DNA from: Methanoregula sp.
Lineage (GTDB): Archaea > Halobacteriota > Methanomicrobia > Methanomicrobiales > Methanospirillaceae
Assembly: GCA_028711405.1 (NCBI GenBank)
Contig: JAQTSH010000001.1
Location: forward strand, 1 to 33,498
Length of the DNA stretch: 33,498 bases
Direction of reading: 5' to 3'
Both the position numbers and the translations under genes were made by a program. A model generated the notes under the pieces. It ran no database searches, had not been told where the DNA came from, and saw only the letters and a program-made list of their open reading frames with translations. Shown in pieces: positions 8,235 to 16,570 of this stretch. Position 1 is the stretch's first letter, and each line of letters begins with the position of its first letter.

Positions 8235-10745
8235 CTACACCCTTGCCGGGGAAAAAACCGTGGTTTCATCTGCGGTCATTTGGCACGCGCGTGTGGGTAC
8301 CGAGATCTCGAAACGGCAACTGGAGCCTGATATTCCCGTCTCCCGGATCGTCATTCCTGTCATGCAGAGGATCTCGCGGATGGGGAACAAGCCAAGACCC
8401 GACGCCTTCCCGAATTCGAGCCGGAAGATCTGCTCCTTGTTCTCCCCAGCATAGCCTGTGCTGTCATCCTCCCAGATGATGGAGTACCCGGTCCCGGTTT
8501 TTATCGCGGATATATGGATCCTGGATAAGGAACTCGTATGCCGGAGGGCGTTATCGAACAGGATGAAGAAAACCTGGGGGAACAGGGGATCGGCACACAC
8601 GCACAGGTCCCCGGTATCGATCGATACGGTGATCGGTCGGATATCGAGGAGCGCCTGCTCGTGTGCAATCGTCGCGGCGACATGCTGCCAGGTAGCTTCT
8701 CCTGTCCCAATCTCCTGGTAAAACCGTGCCTTCTTGATGTGGAGGAAGATATCCCGTGCGGCAGTGTCCACTTTATCCAGGTTCACCTGCATATCAGGAT
8801 CTGAGGTTTGTTTCCGTGCGATTCTTAACCGTCCCCGCAGAACAGTGAGCCGATCGGCGATCTCGTGCCGGGTGATGCTGTTTAAGAGTGAGATCGTACT
8901 GTGGGCTTCCCGCAGATCCTCCTCGTTCTTTTTTGCATCCGTGATATCTGAGAGGAAACTCAATGCAGCCGGTCGGGCATTCCATTCAAGTTGCAGGACA
9001 TGGATCCGGAGCCACCGGATCTCACCGGTCCGGGTGATTGCCCGGAAGACATACGACGGTTCGACATCCTCCCCCGCACACCGGCGACGGGCGCGTTCAG
9101 TGACCGTATCCCGATCCGCCGGGTAGATGAACTCCCCGAAAGGGTGTCCGTCCAGCTCTTCAGGGGCATAGTCCCCAAGGATTTTACGGATGAGGGGATT
9201 CGAATAGCAGACGAGACCGTCCTGTATCACAACGATGCCTTCATCGGCATGCTCGATGATCCGGCGGTATCTCTCTTCGGAACTGCGCAAGGCGATCTCG
9301 GTTTTAGAAAATTCGCTCACATCCCGGATCGACTCAATCGCCCCGGTGATCGCACCATCCTCGTTGTATAACGGTGAAGCGACAAACCAGAGATGCGCTC
9401 CCCTGCCCCCGTACAGGTGGGGGACAAATACCTGTGAAACAAGCCGGTCACCGTCCCGTTCGATCCGGTCGTACCGGCTGGCTGCTGTTTCATCATACTT
9501 CAGCACGAGATCGATCAGCATCGGTCGCCGTTTTTTGTAGAATGGCAGCGCGTATTCATACTCCCCTTTTCCCACGATGTCGATCGCAAGGACGCCGGTC
9601 ATCGCTTCCATCGCTTTGTTCCAGACGATCACCGTGCCCTGCGTATCAATGGCAAACGTGGCATCCGGCAGGAAGTTGATGATCTCCGACAGCTGTCGCC
9701 GGCTGTCGCCGAGCTGTCTCTGGTTCTTGGCAAGGGTGTTCATATATGTCCGGATCATTCCTTCTGATGCCGAGATTGTCAGGTACGCATCCTCCAGTTG
9801 CCGGTGTTTCTCCAATAGCTGAGTTTCTGCCATCTTTCGTTGCTCCTCCTCACTCATCTTCTCCAGTGCGAACGAGAGATCCGAGGCGATCTCAAGCAGA
9901 AGTTTGATCTCTTCGTCGGCAAAGAAACCGGGTTCGGCATCATAGAGTTGCAATGTGCCGATGATGGTGTTATGCAGGAACAGGGGAACCGCTGCCGTGG
10001 ACCGGTATGTGTGCGCATTCGTCCTGGTGGCAGACGGGTGTACGAACCCCCCTGGGTCGACATCATTGCAGATCACCTGTTGCTGCTCGCGGACTGCCCG
10101 CCGGCTTGACTCAAAACCCTCCGGCTCAATCGGGAGCTGGATTGAATGTTGTGTCCCGTCCCCCGTCCCATAACCGGCAAAAGGATGAAGCTCGTTCTTT
10201 TTCGGATCAACGATGCCCATCCACGCCATACGGAACTTCCCTGTTTCCACTGCAATCCGGCAGACTTCGCGGAAGAGCTCTTCCTGTGTTTTCAGGTGGA
10301 CAATTGCGCTGTTGATCCCGTTCAGGATCGCGTACAGCCGGTTGAAAACGAGGATTTTTTTTTCAGAGAATTGTCTCCCCACGGCTCTTTTTATCTTATG
10401 CTCGAGTTCGGCAAACTGGGCGACCGGATCCCCGCCTTTCTGCAGGTATGCGTCAGCACCGCTGTTCAGCGCTTCGATCACCACTTCCTCCCTCCCCTTG
10501 CCGGTAAAAAGGATGAAAGGGAGATCTCCATAGTTCGTTCTGATGTATTTGAGAAACTCGATCCCGTTCATCTCCGGCATCTGGTAATCGGAGATGATCG
10601 CATCATAGGGAACGGTCTTTACCCTTCGGATCGCGTCACAGACCGAGACGGAGGTATCGATCATGATGGTACCTGAATTTTCAAGATAGAGTTTTCCTAT
10701 CTCGAGAAGTCCGGGCTCATCATCCACATACAATGCCGAGATCAT
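8235..10745 (-). CDS. Hybrid sensor histidine kinase, REC-GAF-PAS-PAS-HisKA/HATPase
   Basis: Receiver VDDE...SDYQMP...FTGKG...LQK; GAF (FRMAWMG...YRSTAAVPL...FFADEE..LL.EIA.DLSFAL); two PAS domains; H-box ITRHEI; N-box LFDNALRH; GLGL. ATG at 10745 follows GGAGG. Confidence 0.9.
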   Translation of the reverse strand: MISALYVDDEPGLLEIGKLYLENSGTIMIDTSVSVCDAIRRVKTVPYDAIISDYQMPEMNGIEFLKYIRTNYGDLPFILFTGKGREEVVIEALNSGADAYLQKGGDPVAQFAELEHKIKRAVGRQFSEKKILVFNRLYAILNGINSAIVHLKTQEELFREVCRIAVETGKFRMAWMGIVDPKKNELHPFAGYGTGDGTQHSIQLPIEPEGFESSRRAVREQQQVICNDVDPGGFVHPSATRTNAHTYRSTAAVPLFLHNTIIGTLQLYDAEPGFFADEEIKLLLEIASDLSFALEKMSEEEQRKMAETQLLEKHRQLEDAYLTISASEGMIRTYMNTLAKNQRQLGDSRRQLSEIINFLPDATFAIDTQGTVIVWNKAMEAMTGVLAIDIVGKGEYEYALPFYKKRRPMLIDLVLKYDETAASRYDRIERDGDRLVSQVFVPHLYGGRGAHLWFVASPLYNEDGAITGAIESIRDVSEFSKTEIALRSSEERYRRIIEHADEGIVVIQDGLVCYSNPLIRKILGDYAPEELDGHPFGEFIYPADRDTVTERARRRCAGEDVEPSYVFRAITRTGEIRWLRIHVLQLEWNARPAALSFLSDITDAKKNEEDLREAHSTISLLNSITRHEIADRLTVLRGRLRIARKQTSDPDMQVNLDKVDTAARDIFLHIKKARFYQEIGTGEATWQHVAATIAHEQALLDIRPITVSIDTGDLCVCADPLFPQVFFILFDNALRHTSSLSRIHISAIKTGTGYSIIWEDDSTGYAGENKEQIFRLEFGKASGLGLFPIREILCMTGMTIRETGISGSSCRFEISVPTRACQMTADETTVFSPARV

Positions 10746-10768
10746 CGTTGTGCCTCCGAAGGTTCCGG

Positions 10769-11305
10769 TCACATCCTGGAATCGATATCTCCAAGGAGCT
10801 GCTTGATATCGATCCAGATGATCAGTTCGTTCACCTCTTTGTCCTTCACCTTTACTTTGCGTTTGATGATCCCGATGATCGCAGTATCCTCGTTGCTGAC
10901 CGAGGTCGAGGTGGAGTCCACCTGGTTTCCTTCAAAGGTGGAGACCGAGGTCACGTCATCCACAAGGATGCCGATCTTCGATCTCGTGATCTTGTCATCG
11001 AGTACGATGATCCGCGACGATTCGGCGGTGACCTGTTTGCCATCAGTGATGTTCAGCCGTTCCTTCAGGTCAATGATCGTGGTGATCTCACCCCGGAGAT
11101 CGATGATCCCTTTGATATACGGCGCTACATTGGGCAGGCGGGTGATGGTTGTGTATTCCACCACCTCTTTGACATCAAACAGATCGATGGCAAAGTGTTC
11201 TCTCCCAAGGACAAACTCCACCACCTGAATGGTATGTGCGTGTTTTTTTGTGGACTTCTGGCTCGTATCCGGGTACTGCTGCGTTTCGTCTGCTGTCGCT
11301 TCCAT
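10769..11305 (-). CDS. cheW: Chemotaxis coupling protein CheW
   Basis: VVEF.LG.E.FAI....V.EV...ITRLPN...YIKGIIDLRGEI..IIDL and GILVD.V. Confidence 0.95.
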   Translation of the reverse strand: MEATADETQQYPDTSQKSTKKHAHTIQVVEFVLGREHFAIDLFDVKEVVEYTTITRLPNVAPYIKGIIDLRGEITTIIDLKERLNITDGKQVTAESSRIIVLDDKITRSKIGILVDDVTSVSTFEGNQVDSTSTSVSNEDTAIIGIIKRKVKVKDKEVNELIIWIDIKQLLGDIDSRM

Positions 11306-11319
11306 GAAAACGCACCCCG

Positions 11320-12798
11320 TTAGTTCACCTTGAATTTCTTGTTCGCTTCCAGTGCCTCGATTGCGACAGTATTCACGGTTCCCACCATGCGGGTGATCTC
11401 ATCCAGTGCGGCAGAGGATTCTTCGGTTGCGGCAGCAGCATCCCCCGCTTCCTTCGCGGTCATGTCGACAAGGCGTGCCACTTCCGTCACACTTGCCGTA
11501 ATCTCCTCGGTAGTGGCTGCCTGCTCTTCGGTGGCGGCGGCGACCTCGGATGCACTCCTCGCAACCTTATCGACTGCTGCGGCAATGCTGTGGAATGACT
11601 GTACGGTCTCGGTGACCATCTTTGCACCCTGTTCAACGATCTTCTTCGCATCGCTCATCGCTGTGGATGCGTTCTGGGTGCTCTTCTTTAAGGTACCGAT
11701 CATCTCCTCGATCCGTTCTGCCGAGTTCCGCGATTCCTGCGCGAGCGATTTCACCTCAGTTGCCACGACTGCAAAGCCCCGACCTGCATCTCCTGCCCGG
11801 GCTGCCTCGATGGCGGCGTTGAGTGCGAGGAGGTTTGTCTGGTTTGCCAGTTCGCGGATCAGGAGCACAATCTTTGAGATCTCGCCCATCTGCTTCTCGA
11901 CATCCGAGACAATCTCGTATACTTTCGCAGACGAGGTTGAGATCTCCCCCATGCTCTTCTCTGCCTGCCCGGCAAGTTTAGCCCCATTATGGGAGAGATC
12001 GTTCGTCTCGCGTGATAAGTTCGAGACGGAATCCATGCTGGATGTGATCTCCTCCACTGCGGCACTCATATCCTGCATCGCTTTTCCGATCTGGTCAACG
12101 CCCTGTGCGGCATGCTCCGCGTTCTCGCTGACCTTGCCGGCGTTCTTTGCGATCTGCGCCACACCTTTCGAGGCATCTTCGATACTGTGGGCGGCGTTGT
12201 CCGCGGTGGACGTGAGGTTCTGCATCCGGCTGTTGACATCCCCGATATTGACCTGAAGGGCGCCGACGATGCCCCGGACCGCATCCCGTAAGAGCGCGAT
12301 CTGGTCATAGGTGGCACGGGTATCCTCATCCGGCTCGGTGAGCTTGTACCGTGGGGTCAGGTCGCCTTTTGCCATGATGGCATAGATCTTTGACATCTCG
12401 GACACTTCGTGTTCCATGTACTCCTGGGTTTTTACAATTTTTGTGATCTCGTTGTACGTGATATACACGTAATTGATCGCATTGTTGTTGTCCAGCAGCG
12501 GAATGTTTGTCCTGAGAACCACATGGATCCCTGACGGTGTTTCAAACGTGCTCTGCCCGACGGTTGTCCGTTTCTGGTTGACCGCATCGGCAACCGATTC
12601 ACCGGAGTCCTTGAGATACCTGATGAGCCCTTTTGACCGGAAGTCGGTAAACGGCATGTTCATCAGGCGCTCCGCTCCGAAACCGACGAGTTTGCAGAAT
12701 GCTATATTCATCATGACGATACGGAGTTCCCGGTCCACAACAACCTGTGCAAGCGGGTTTTTCTCAAACATCTCTGACAATTCTTTTAATTCTACCAT
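11320..12798 (-). CDS. Soluble methyl-accepting chemotaxis protein with an N-terminal PAS domain
   Basis: Hairpin signature [36 protein letters not shown]; N-terminal PAS; HAMP-like AKGDLT; no hydrophobic TM segment. ATG at 12798 follows GGTGA (alternative GTG at 12807). Confidence 0.93.
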   Translation of the reverse strand: MVELKELSEMFEKNPLAQVVVDRELRIVMMNIAFCKLVGFGAERLMNMPFTDFRSKGLIRYLKDSGESVADAVNQKRTTVGQSTFETPSGIHVVLRTNIPLLDNNNAINYVYITYNEITKIVKTQEYMEHEVSEMSKIYAIMAKGDLTPRYKLTEPDEDTRATYDQIALLRDAVRGIVGALQVNIGDVNSRMQNLTSTADNAAHSIEDASKGVAQIAKNAGKVSENAEHAAQGVDQIGKAMQDMSAAVEEITSSMDSVSNLSRETNDLSHNGAKLAGQAEKSMGEISTSSAKVYEIVSDVEKQMGEISKIVLLIRELANQTNLLALNAAIEAARAGDAGRGFAVVATEVKSLAQESRNSAERIEEMIGTLKKSTQNASTAMSDAKKIVEQGAKMVTETVQSFHSIAAAVDKVARSASEVAAATEEQAATTEEITASVTEVARLVDMTAKEAGDAAAATEESSAALDEITRMVGTVNTVAIEALEANKKFKVN

Positions 12799-12803
12799 CG
12801 TTC

Positions 12804-13397
12804 TCACCCGAGTTTTACTATACGTTCTGTGTATACTTCATTCATGACCTGTCCAAGCCCGGCATACATTGCCGATAGCCCGCAGATGATTCCTTCAACC
12901 CCTGCCACCTGGAGGATTGTGATACTGCCCAGTGCGTTACCGGCGATCAGGAGCACAAACAAGAGTGTCAAGAGACCGAACACGACCTGCAATGCTCTCG
13001 TGAGCCGGAAGGTGATAATCCACATGACAAACGAGAATAATCCCCAGATCCCGAGGAATGCCAGGAACTCCTCTTTTGAGAAGAGACTGGAAAACCCGAA
13101 TTTCGGCATCAGTATCAGACCGACAAGGGATATCCAGAAGAATCCGTACGAGATAAATGCCAGTGTCCCGAACGTGTTGTTCTTCTTCCACTCCATGATC
13201 CCTGCGATGATCTGGGCGATGCCCCCATAGAAGATCCCCATGGCAAAGATCATCGATCCGAGGGTAAAGAATCCGGCATTGTGAAGGTTGAGCATCACCG
13301 TTGTCATGCCAAACGCCAACAGTCCCAGCGGTGCCGGGTTGGCGGTCGTATCGGTGATCTTAATCTCCCGTGTGACAATTCCTGCATCTGTCTCCAT
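12804..13397 (-). CDS. satP: Acetate uptake channel, SatP/YaaH (GPR1/FUN34/YaaH, AceTr) family
   Basis: [43 protein letters not shown]; about six TM helices. Confidence 0.95.
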   Translation of the reverse strand: METDAGIVTREIKITDTTANPAPLGLLAFGMTTVMLNLHNAGFFTLGSMIFAMGIFYGGIAQIIAGIMEWKKNNTFGTLAFISYGFFWISLVGLILMPKFGFSSLFSKEEFLAFLGIWGLFSFVMWIITFRLTRALQVVFGLLTLLFVLLIAGNALGSITILQVAGVEGIICGLSAMYAGLGQVMNEVYTERIVKLG

Positions 13398-13400
13398 GGT

Positions 13401-13577
13401 TCACCAGCCTTTTTTGATGCCTTGCATCTGGTTTGTACCCCTTTCCTGGGCACAGAGTGCATCGTAGATCAGCCGGGCGCGTGCCACGCACGCGTTAGTG
13501 ACGTGGAGTTCGACCCGGCAGTCCTCTGCAAACCCTGCGTGGATCCCGGTCATTCCCATATCCCGTTTTATCTCCAT
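13401..13577 (-). CDS. Small hypothetical protein (~58 aa, start uncertain)
   Basis: MEIKRDMGMTGIHAGFAEDCRVELHVTNACVARARLIYDALCAQERGTNQMQGIKKGW. Its start overlaps the upstream sORF end and its TGA lies 3 nt before the satP ATG. Confidence 0.4.
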   Translation of the reverse strand: MEIKRDMGMTGIHAGFAEDCRVELHVTNACVARARLIYDALCAQERGTNQMQGIKKGW

Positions 13578-13735
13578 GAGTCCTCGCGCCATACGTTGCC
13601 TGCCAGGGTCGGCAGGGAAAAATATTCGTCAAGCTTCTGTGAGAGCGTCGCGAGCAGCACCTTCTGCTGTTTCAAACCGTCCATCTCCGCAGAACGGTTC
13701 CATGCAAATCCCGATTCATCCGTGTTTTGTGACAT
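13568..13735 (-). CDS. Small hypothetical protein (55 aa) with an SQKLD motif
   Basis: Translated by hand: MSQNTDESGFAWNRSAEMDGLKQQKVLLATLSQKLDEYFSLPTLAGNVWREDSWR. ATG start; with the next sORF it tiles the gap between the promoter and satP. Not in the ORF track. Confidence 0.45.
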   Translation of the reverse strand: MSQNTDESGFAWNRSAEMDGLKQQKVLLATLSQKLDEYFSLPTLAGNVWREDSWR

Positions 13736-13787
13736 TGTTCTATCTTCAACTCCATCGTGTTGTTACCTGTGTGGCCCTTACCGCTAA

Positions 13788-13890
13788 TTTGCCAAGCATT
13801 TGTTGCGGTAGATTCCCATTTGCAAAAAACTATTTATAAACATATTTATCTGCTTTGCAAATCTGCATGGCAAACTGAACACTTTTATAC
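13788..13890. promoter_or_regulatory. Divergent promoter region with TATA boxes and repeated TTTGC(A/C)A sites
   Basis: TTTATAAA at 13833-13840 and TTTTATA at 13883-13889; TTTGCAAA at 13819-13826 and 13854-13861; TTTGCCA at 13788-13794; TGGCAAA at 13868-13874. Confidence 0.6.
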
Positions 13891-13922
13891 CGGGCAGACT
13901 GACACTCACTACGAAGAGCACC

Positions 13923-15977
13923 ATGGAAGAGTACCAGGAGGAGATTTCAAGGATACGGGCACTGCTGGGATCCCACCCGGAAGGCTTGAGTATCACCGAT
14001 ATATCCAGCCAGCTGCAGATAAACCGCAACTCGGTTGCCAAATACCTGGACATCCTCCAGATCCAGGGTGCGGTCGATGGGCGGAAGAGGGGTACGTCCA
14101 AGGTCTACTATCATTCCCAGCGGTTGCTGGCGTCTTCAGTCCGGAGAATCTGCACCCAGCCGATGGTGATGGTCAATGAGGAGGGGATGGTGGTCGATTT
14201 CAACGCGTCATTTTCTGTCATGTCCTCAGTTCCCGAAGAGCGGATCCTGGGTCAGCACGTTGACACTCTTCCGGTAAAGATACTGGAGGGCGGGAACGCC
14301 CGGCAGGTAACAACTGCCGCAATAAAAGGAATCGAACAACGGGTACGGATCCAGGTACTCTCCGGGAACACGGTCACCCCCGCGACAATGCTCCTTCTTC
14401 CGGTGGTCTTTGACACCTCCCGACCGGGTGTGGCGCTGATTATCGAGAAGGATACAGATCCGGGCAGTTCCGGCACAGACCTCACCACAACCGGCATCCC
14501 AGGTCTTGTCGAGAACCAGGTCGAGTATACCGTGCACCATACGCCCGAAGGGATCATCCTGCATGTCAACGAACCCTATTGTCGCGCAGCCGGTAAGACC
14601 CGTGAGGATCTGGTTGGTCGGCAGTTTGCACCCCTCGTCTCCGCTGAGGACACCGAACGTATCCGGGTGCACCGGTCCCGGCTCACACCCCAGTACCCTC
14701 TCGGCAGGATTGAGTACCGTGCGGTCATGGCGGATGGGGATGCTCGCTGGCAGCGCTGGTGGGACCGGGCGCTTTTTAATGAACGGAACGAACTGACGGG
14801 GTTCGTCTCCAGCGGGATCGATATTACCGATCTCGTTGAGACCCGGCAGAAACTCACCAGGACAAAAGAGACCCTTGAAGAGTCCATCAACAACCGGACT
14901 GATGAACTTCGCGGGATTAACCGGCAGCTCTATACCGAGATGACGCGGCGTGAGAAGATCGAACAGCAATTGCTTCACACGCAGTTTGCCATGGATCACG
15001 CGGCTGATATGGTGTTCCGGGTGAGCCGGAACGCCCGTATTCACTATGCGAATGCCGCCGCCACGGAAGGATCCGGATATGCTCCGGAGACCATCCTCAC
15101 GCTCACGCTCGGTGAGATCTTTCCGTATTTCACGCTCCCGCAATGGGATGATGTCTGGGAGACTCTCAAACACAGTGGCGCACTCACCACCAAGACAGAC
15201 CTCGTGAGCGAGAGTGGTCGCGCAGTACCGGTAGAGATGGCGATCAATTACCTGGAGTACCATGGCATCGAATTTGCCTTCTGTTTTGCGCGGGATATCT
15301 TAGAACGGGTCCGGAATGAACACGCACTCCAGCTGGCAAACAAGAAACTCAGTCTTGTCAGCAGCATCACCCGCCATGATATCCAGAACAAGATCACGGT
15401 CCTCCTTGGGTTTCTGGGCAGGGCAAAGAAAAGAGAGCAGGATCCGGTCATCCTTATGTATATGGAGAAGCAGGAGCGGGCAGCCAAAGCGATCAGAAAC
15501 GAGATCAACCTGACCCGGGACTTCAAGGATGTCGGTGCAGAACCCCCCGGGTGGATATCAGTAAACGAGGTCGTCACGCTCGCGATACACCAGTTCCCGG
15601 AGGCACCGGTCCGGTTTACCGCCACAATCCCGGAGGTTGAGGTCTACGCGGACCGGAATCTTCTCCGGGTCTTTTCCCGGCTGTTTGAATTTCTGCTGCA
15701 CTATGGGCAGGGTACGACCATAATTGAGTGCTCTGCAACCGAGACGGATGCCCACCTGCAGATCACGGTATCGGATAATGGCAGCGGGATCGTGCCGGAG
15801 GAAAAAGAGAGTATCTTCTCGGTGCAGGAAGATGAGTCCGGATACCGCGAACTCTTCTTCGCACGGGAGATCCTGTCCCTGACCGGGATCACCCTCCGTG
15901 AGACCGGCGTGTATGGGACCGGTGCCCGGTTCGAGATGACGGTCCCTCCCGGCACCTACCGGTTTGTTCCACCCTGA
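13923..15977 (+). CDS. Winged-HTH - PAS x3 - histidine-kinase-like protein with a degenerate ATPase domain
   Basis: N-terminal wHTH (GLSITDISSQLQINRNSVAKYLDILQIQGAV..RKRGTSKVYY); three PAS-like repeats; H-box ITRHDIQN; DNGSGI; N-box and G2 box non-canonical. Confidence 0.85.
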   Translation: MEEYQEEISRIRALLGSHPEGLSITDISSQLQINRNSVAKYLDILQIQGAVDGRKRGTSKVYYHSQRLLASSVRRICTQPMVMVNEEGMVVDFNASFSVMSSVPEERILGQHVDTLPVKILEGGNARQVTTAAIKGIEQRVRIQVLSGNTVTPATMLLLPVVFDTSRPGVALIIEKDTDPGSSGTDLTTTGIPGLVENQVEYTVHHTPEGIILHVNEPYCRAAGKTREDLVGRQFAPLVSAEDTERIRVHRSRLTPQYPLGRIEYRAVMADGDARWQRWWDRALFNERNELTGFVSSGIDITDLVETRQKLTRTKETLEESINNRTDELRGINRQLYTEMTRREKIEQQLLHTQFAMDHAADMVFRVSRNARIHYANAAATEGSGYAPETILTLTLGEIFPYFTLPQWDDVWETLKHSGALTTKTDLVSESGRAVPVEMAINYLEYHGIEFAFCFARDILERVRNEHALQLANKKLSLVSSITRHDIQNKITVLLGFLGRAKKREQDPVILMYMEKQERAAKAIRNEINLTRDFKDVGAEPPGWISVNEVVTLAIHQFPEAPVRFTATIPEVEVYADRNLLRVFSRLFEFLLHYGQGTTIIECSATETDAHLQITVSDNGSGIVPEEKESIFSVQEDESGYRELFFAREILSLTGITLRETGVYGTGARFEMTVPPGTYRFVPP

Positions 15978-16109
15978 GTTGGGGACCGTCACAATTCCCG
16001 GGAGGTGATGGAAAGGGGTAATGGCGGGACGACTGCGGGCAACATAAAATGACAATGTATAAATCCCTTTCCTGAATAAAAAGGTACAGAGATTTTTCCC
16101 GGACTTCCC

Positions 16110-16499
16110 ATGCCCCGTATCCTGGTCATTGATGACGCGGAAGATATCCTTGAGATCATCAAGCTCGATCTCGAAGATGATCCTTCATGTACCGTCGACT
16201 GCTGTAATACATCGAAGGCGGCTCTCAACCTGGTTCAGGCTCATTTTTATGATGTGATCGTCGCGGACTGGCGTATGCCGGTCCTGAACGGTACCGCCCT
16301 CACAAAAGCGCTTCGGGCTGCGGGATGCACATCCTTTATTATTATTTACAGCGGTAAGACCATGGGTCCGGAGATCAGGGAAGCGCTTGATTCCGGTGCG
16401 GATTATTACGTGAACCGCTGCGGCGACCCTGACCGGGAGTTTGCCGAAATAAAAGCAGTGATCAGAAAGCACACTGCCCGTGATGGAAAAACGGATTGA
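16110..16499 (+). CDS. Stand-alone response regulator receiver protein
   Basis: ILVIDD...ADWRMP.LNG...YSG...GADYY; no output domain. Confidence 0.9.
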   Translation: MPRILVIDDAEDILEIIKLDLEDDPSCTVDCCNTSKAALNLVQAHFYDVIVADWRMPVLNGTALTKALRAAGCTSFIIIYSGKTMGPEIREALDSGADYYVNRCGDPDREFAEIKAVIRKHTARDGKTD

Positions 16500-16570
16500 C
16501 TGATTACTCCTCGGAAGAGGTCGGGATCCGGTGAAGATACGGGATCCCTACGGTCTCATGGTTTTACTTT

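Noticed and set aside
7966-8454. 162-aa plus-strand ORF spanning the eif2g-kinase spacer
   Set aside because: Overlaps the kinase 3' end in antisense, has no motif and has atypical composition.
11330-12256. 308-aa plus-strand ORF
   Set aside because: Antisense to the MCP coiled coil; Ser/Ala-rich shadow with no motifs.
14226-15263. 345-aa minus-strand ORF
   Set aside because: Antisense shadow of the wHTH-PAS gene; no recognisable domain.
16509-16548. Short hairpins between the convergent receiver and kinase genes (CCTC-GGAA-GAGG; GGGATCC/GGATCCC)
   Set aside because: Stems of 4-7 bp are expected by chance; at most ordinary 3'-end structure.
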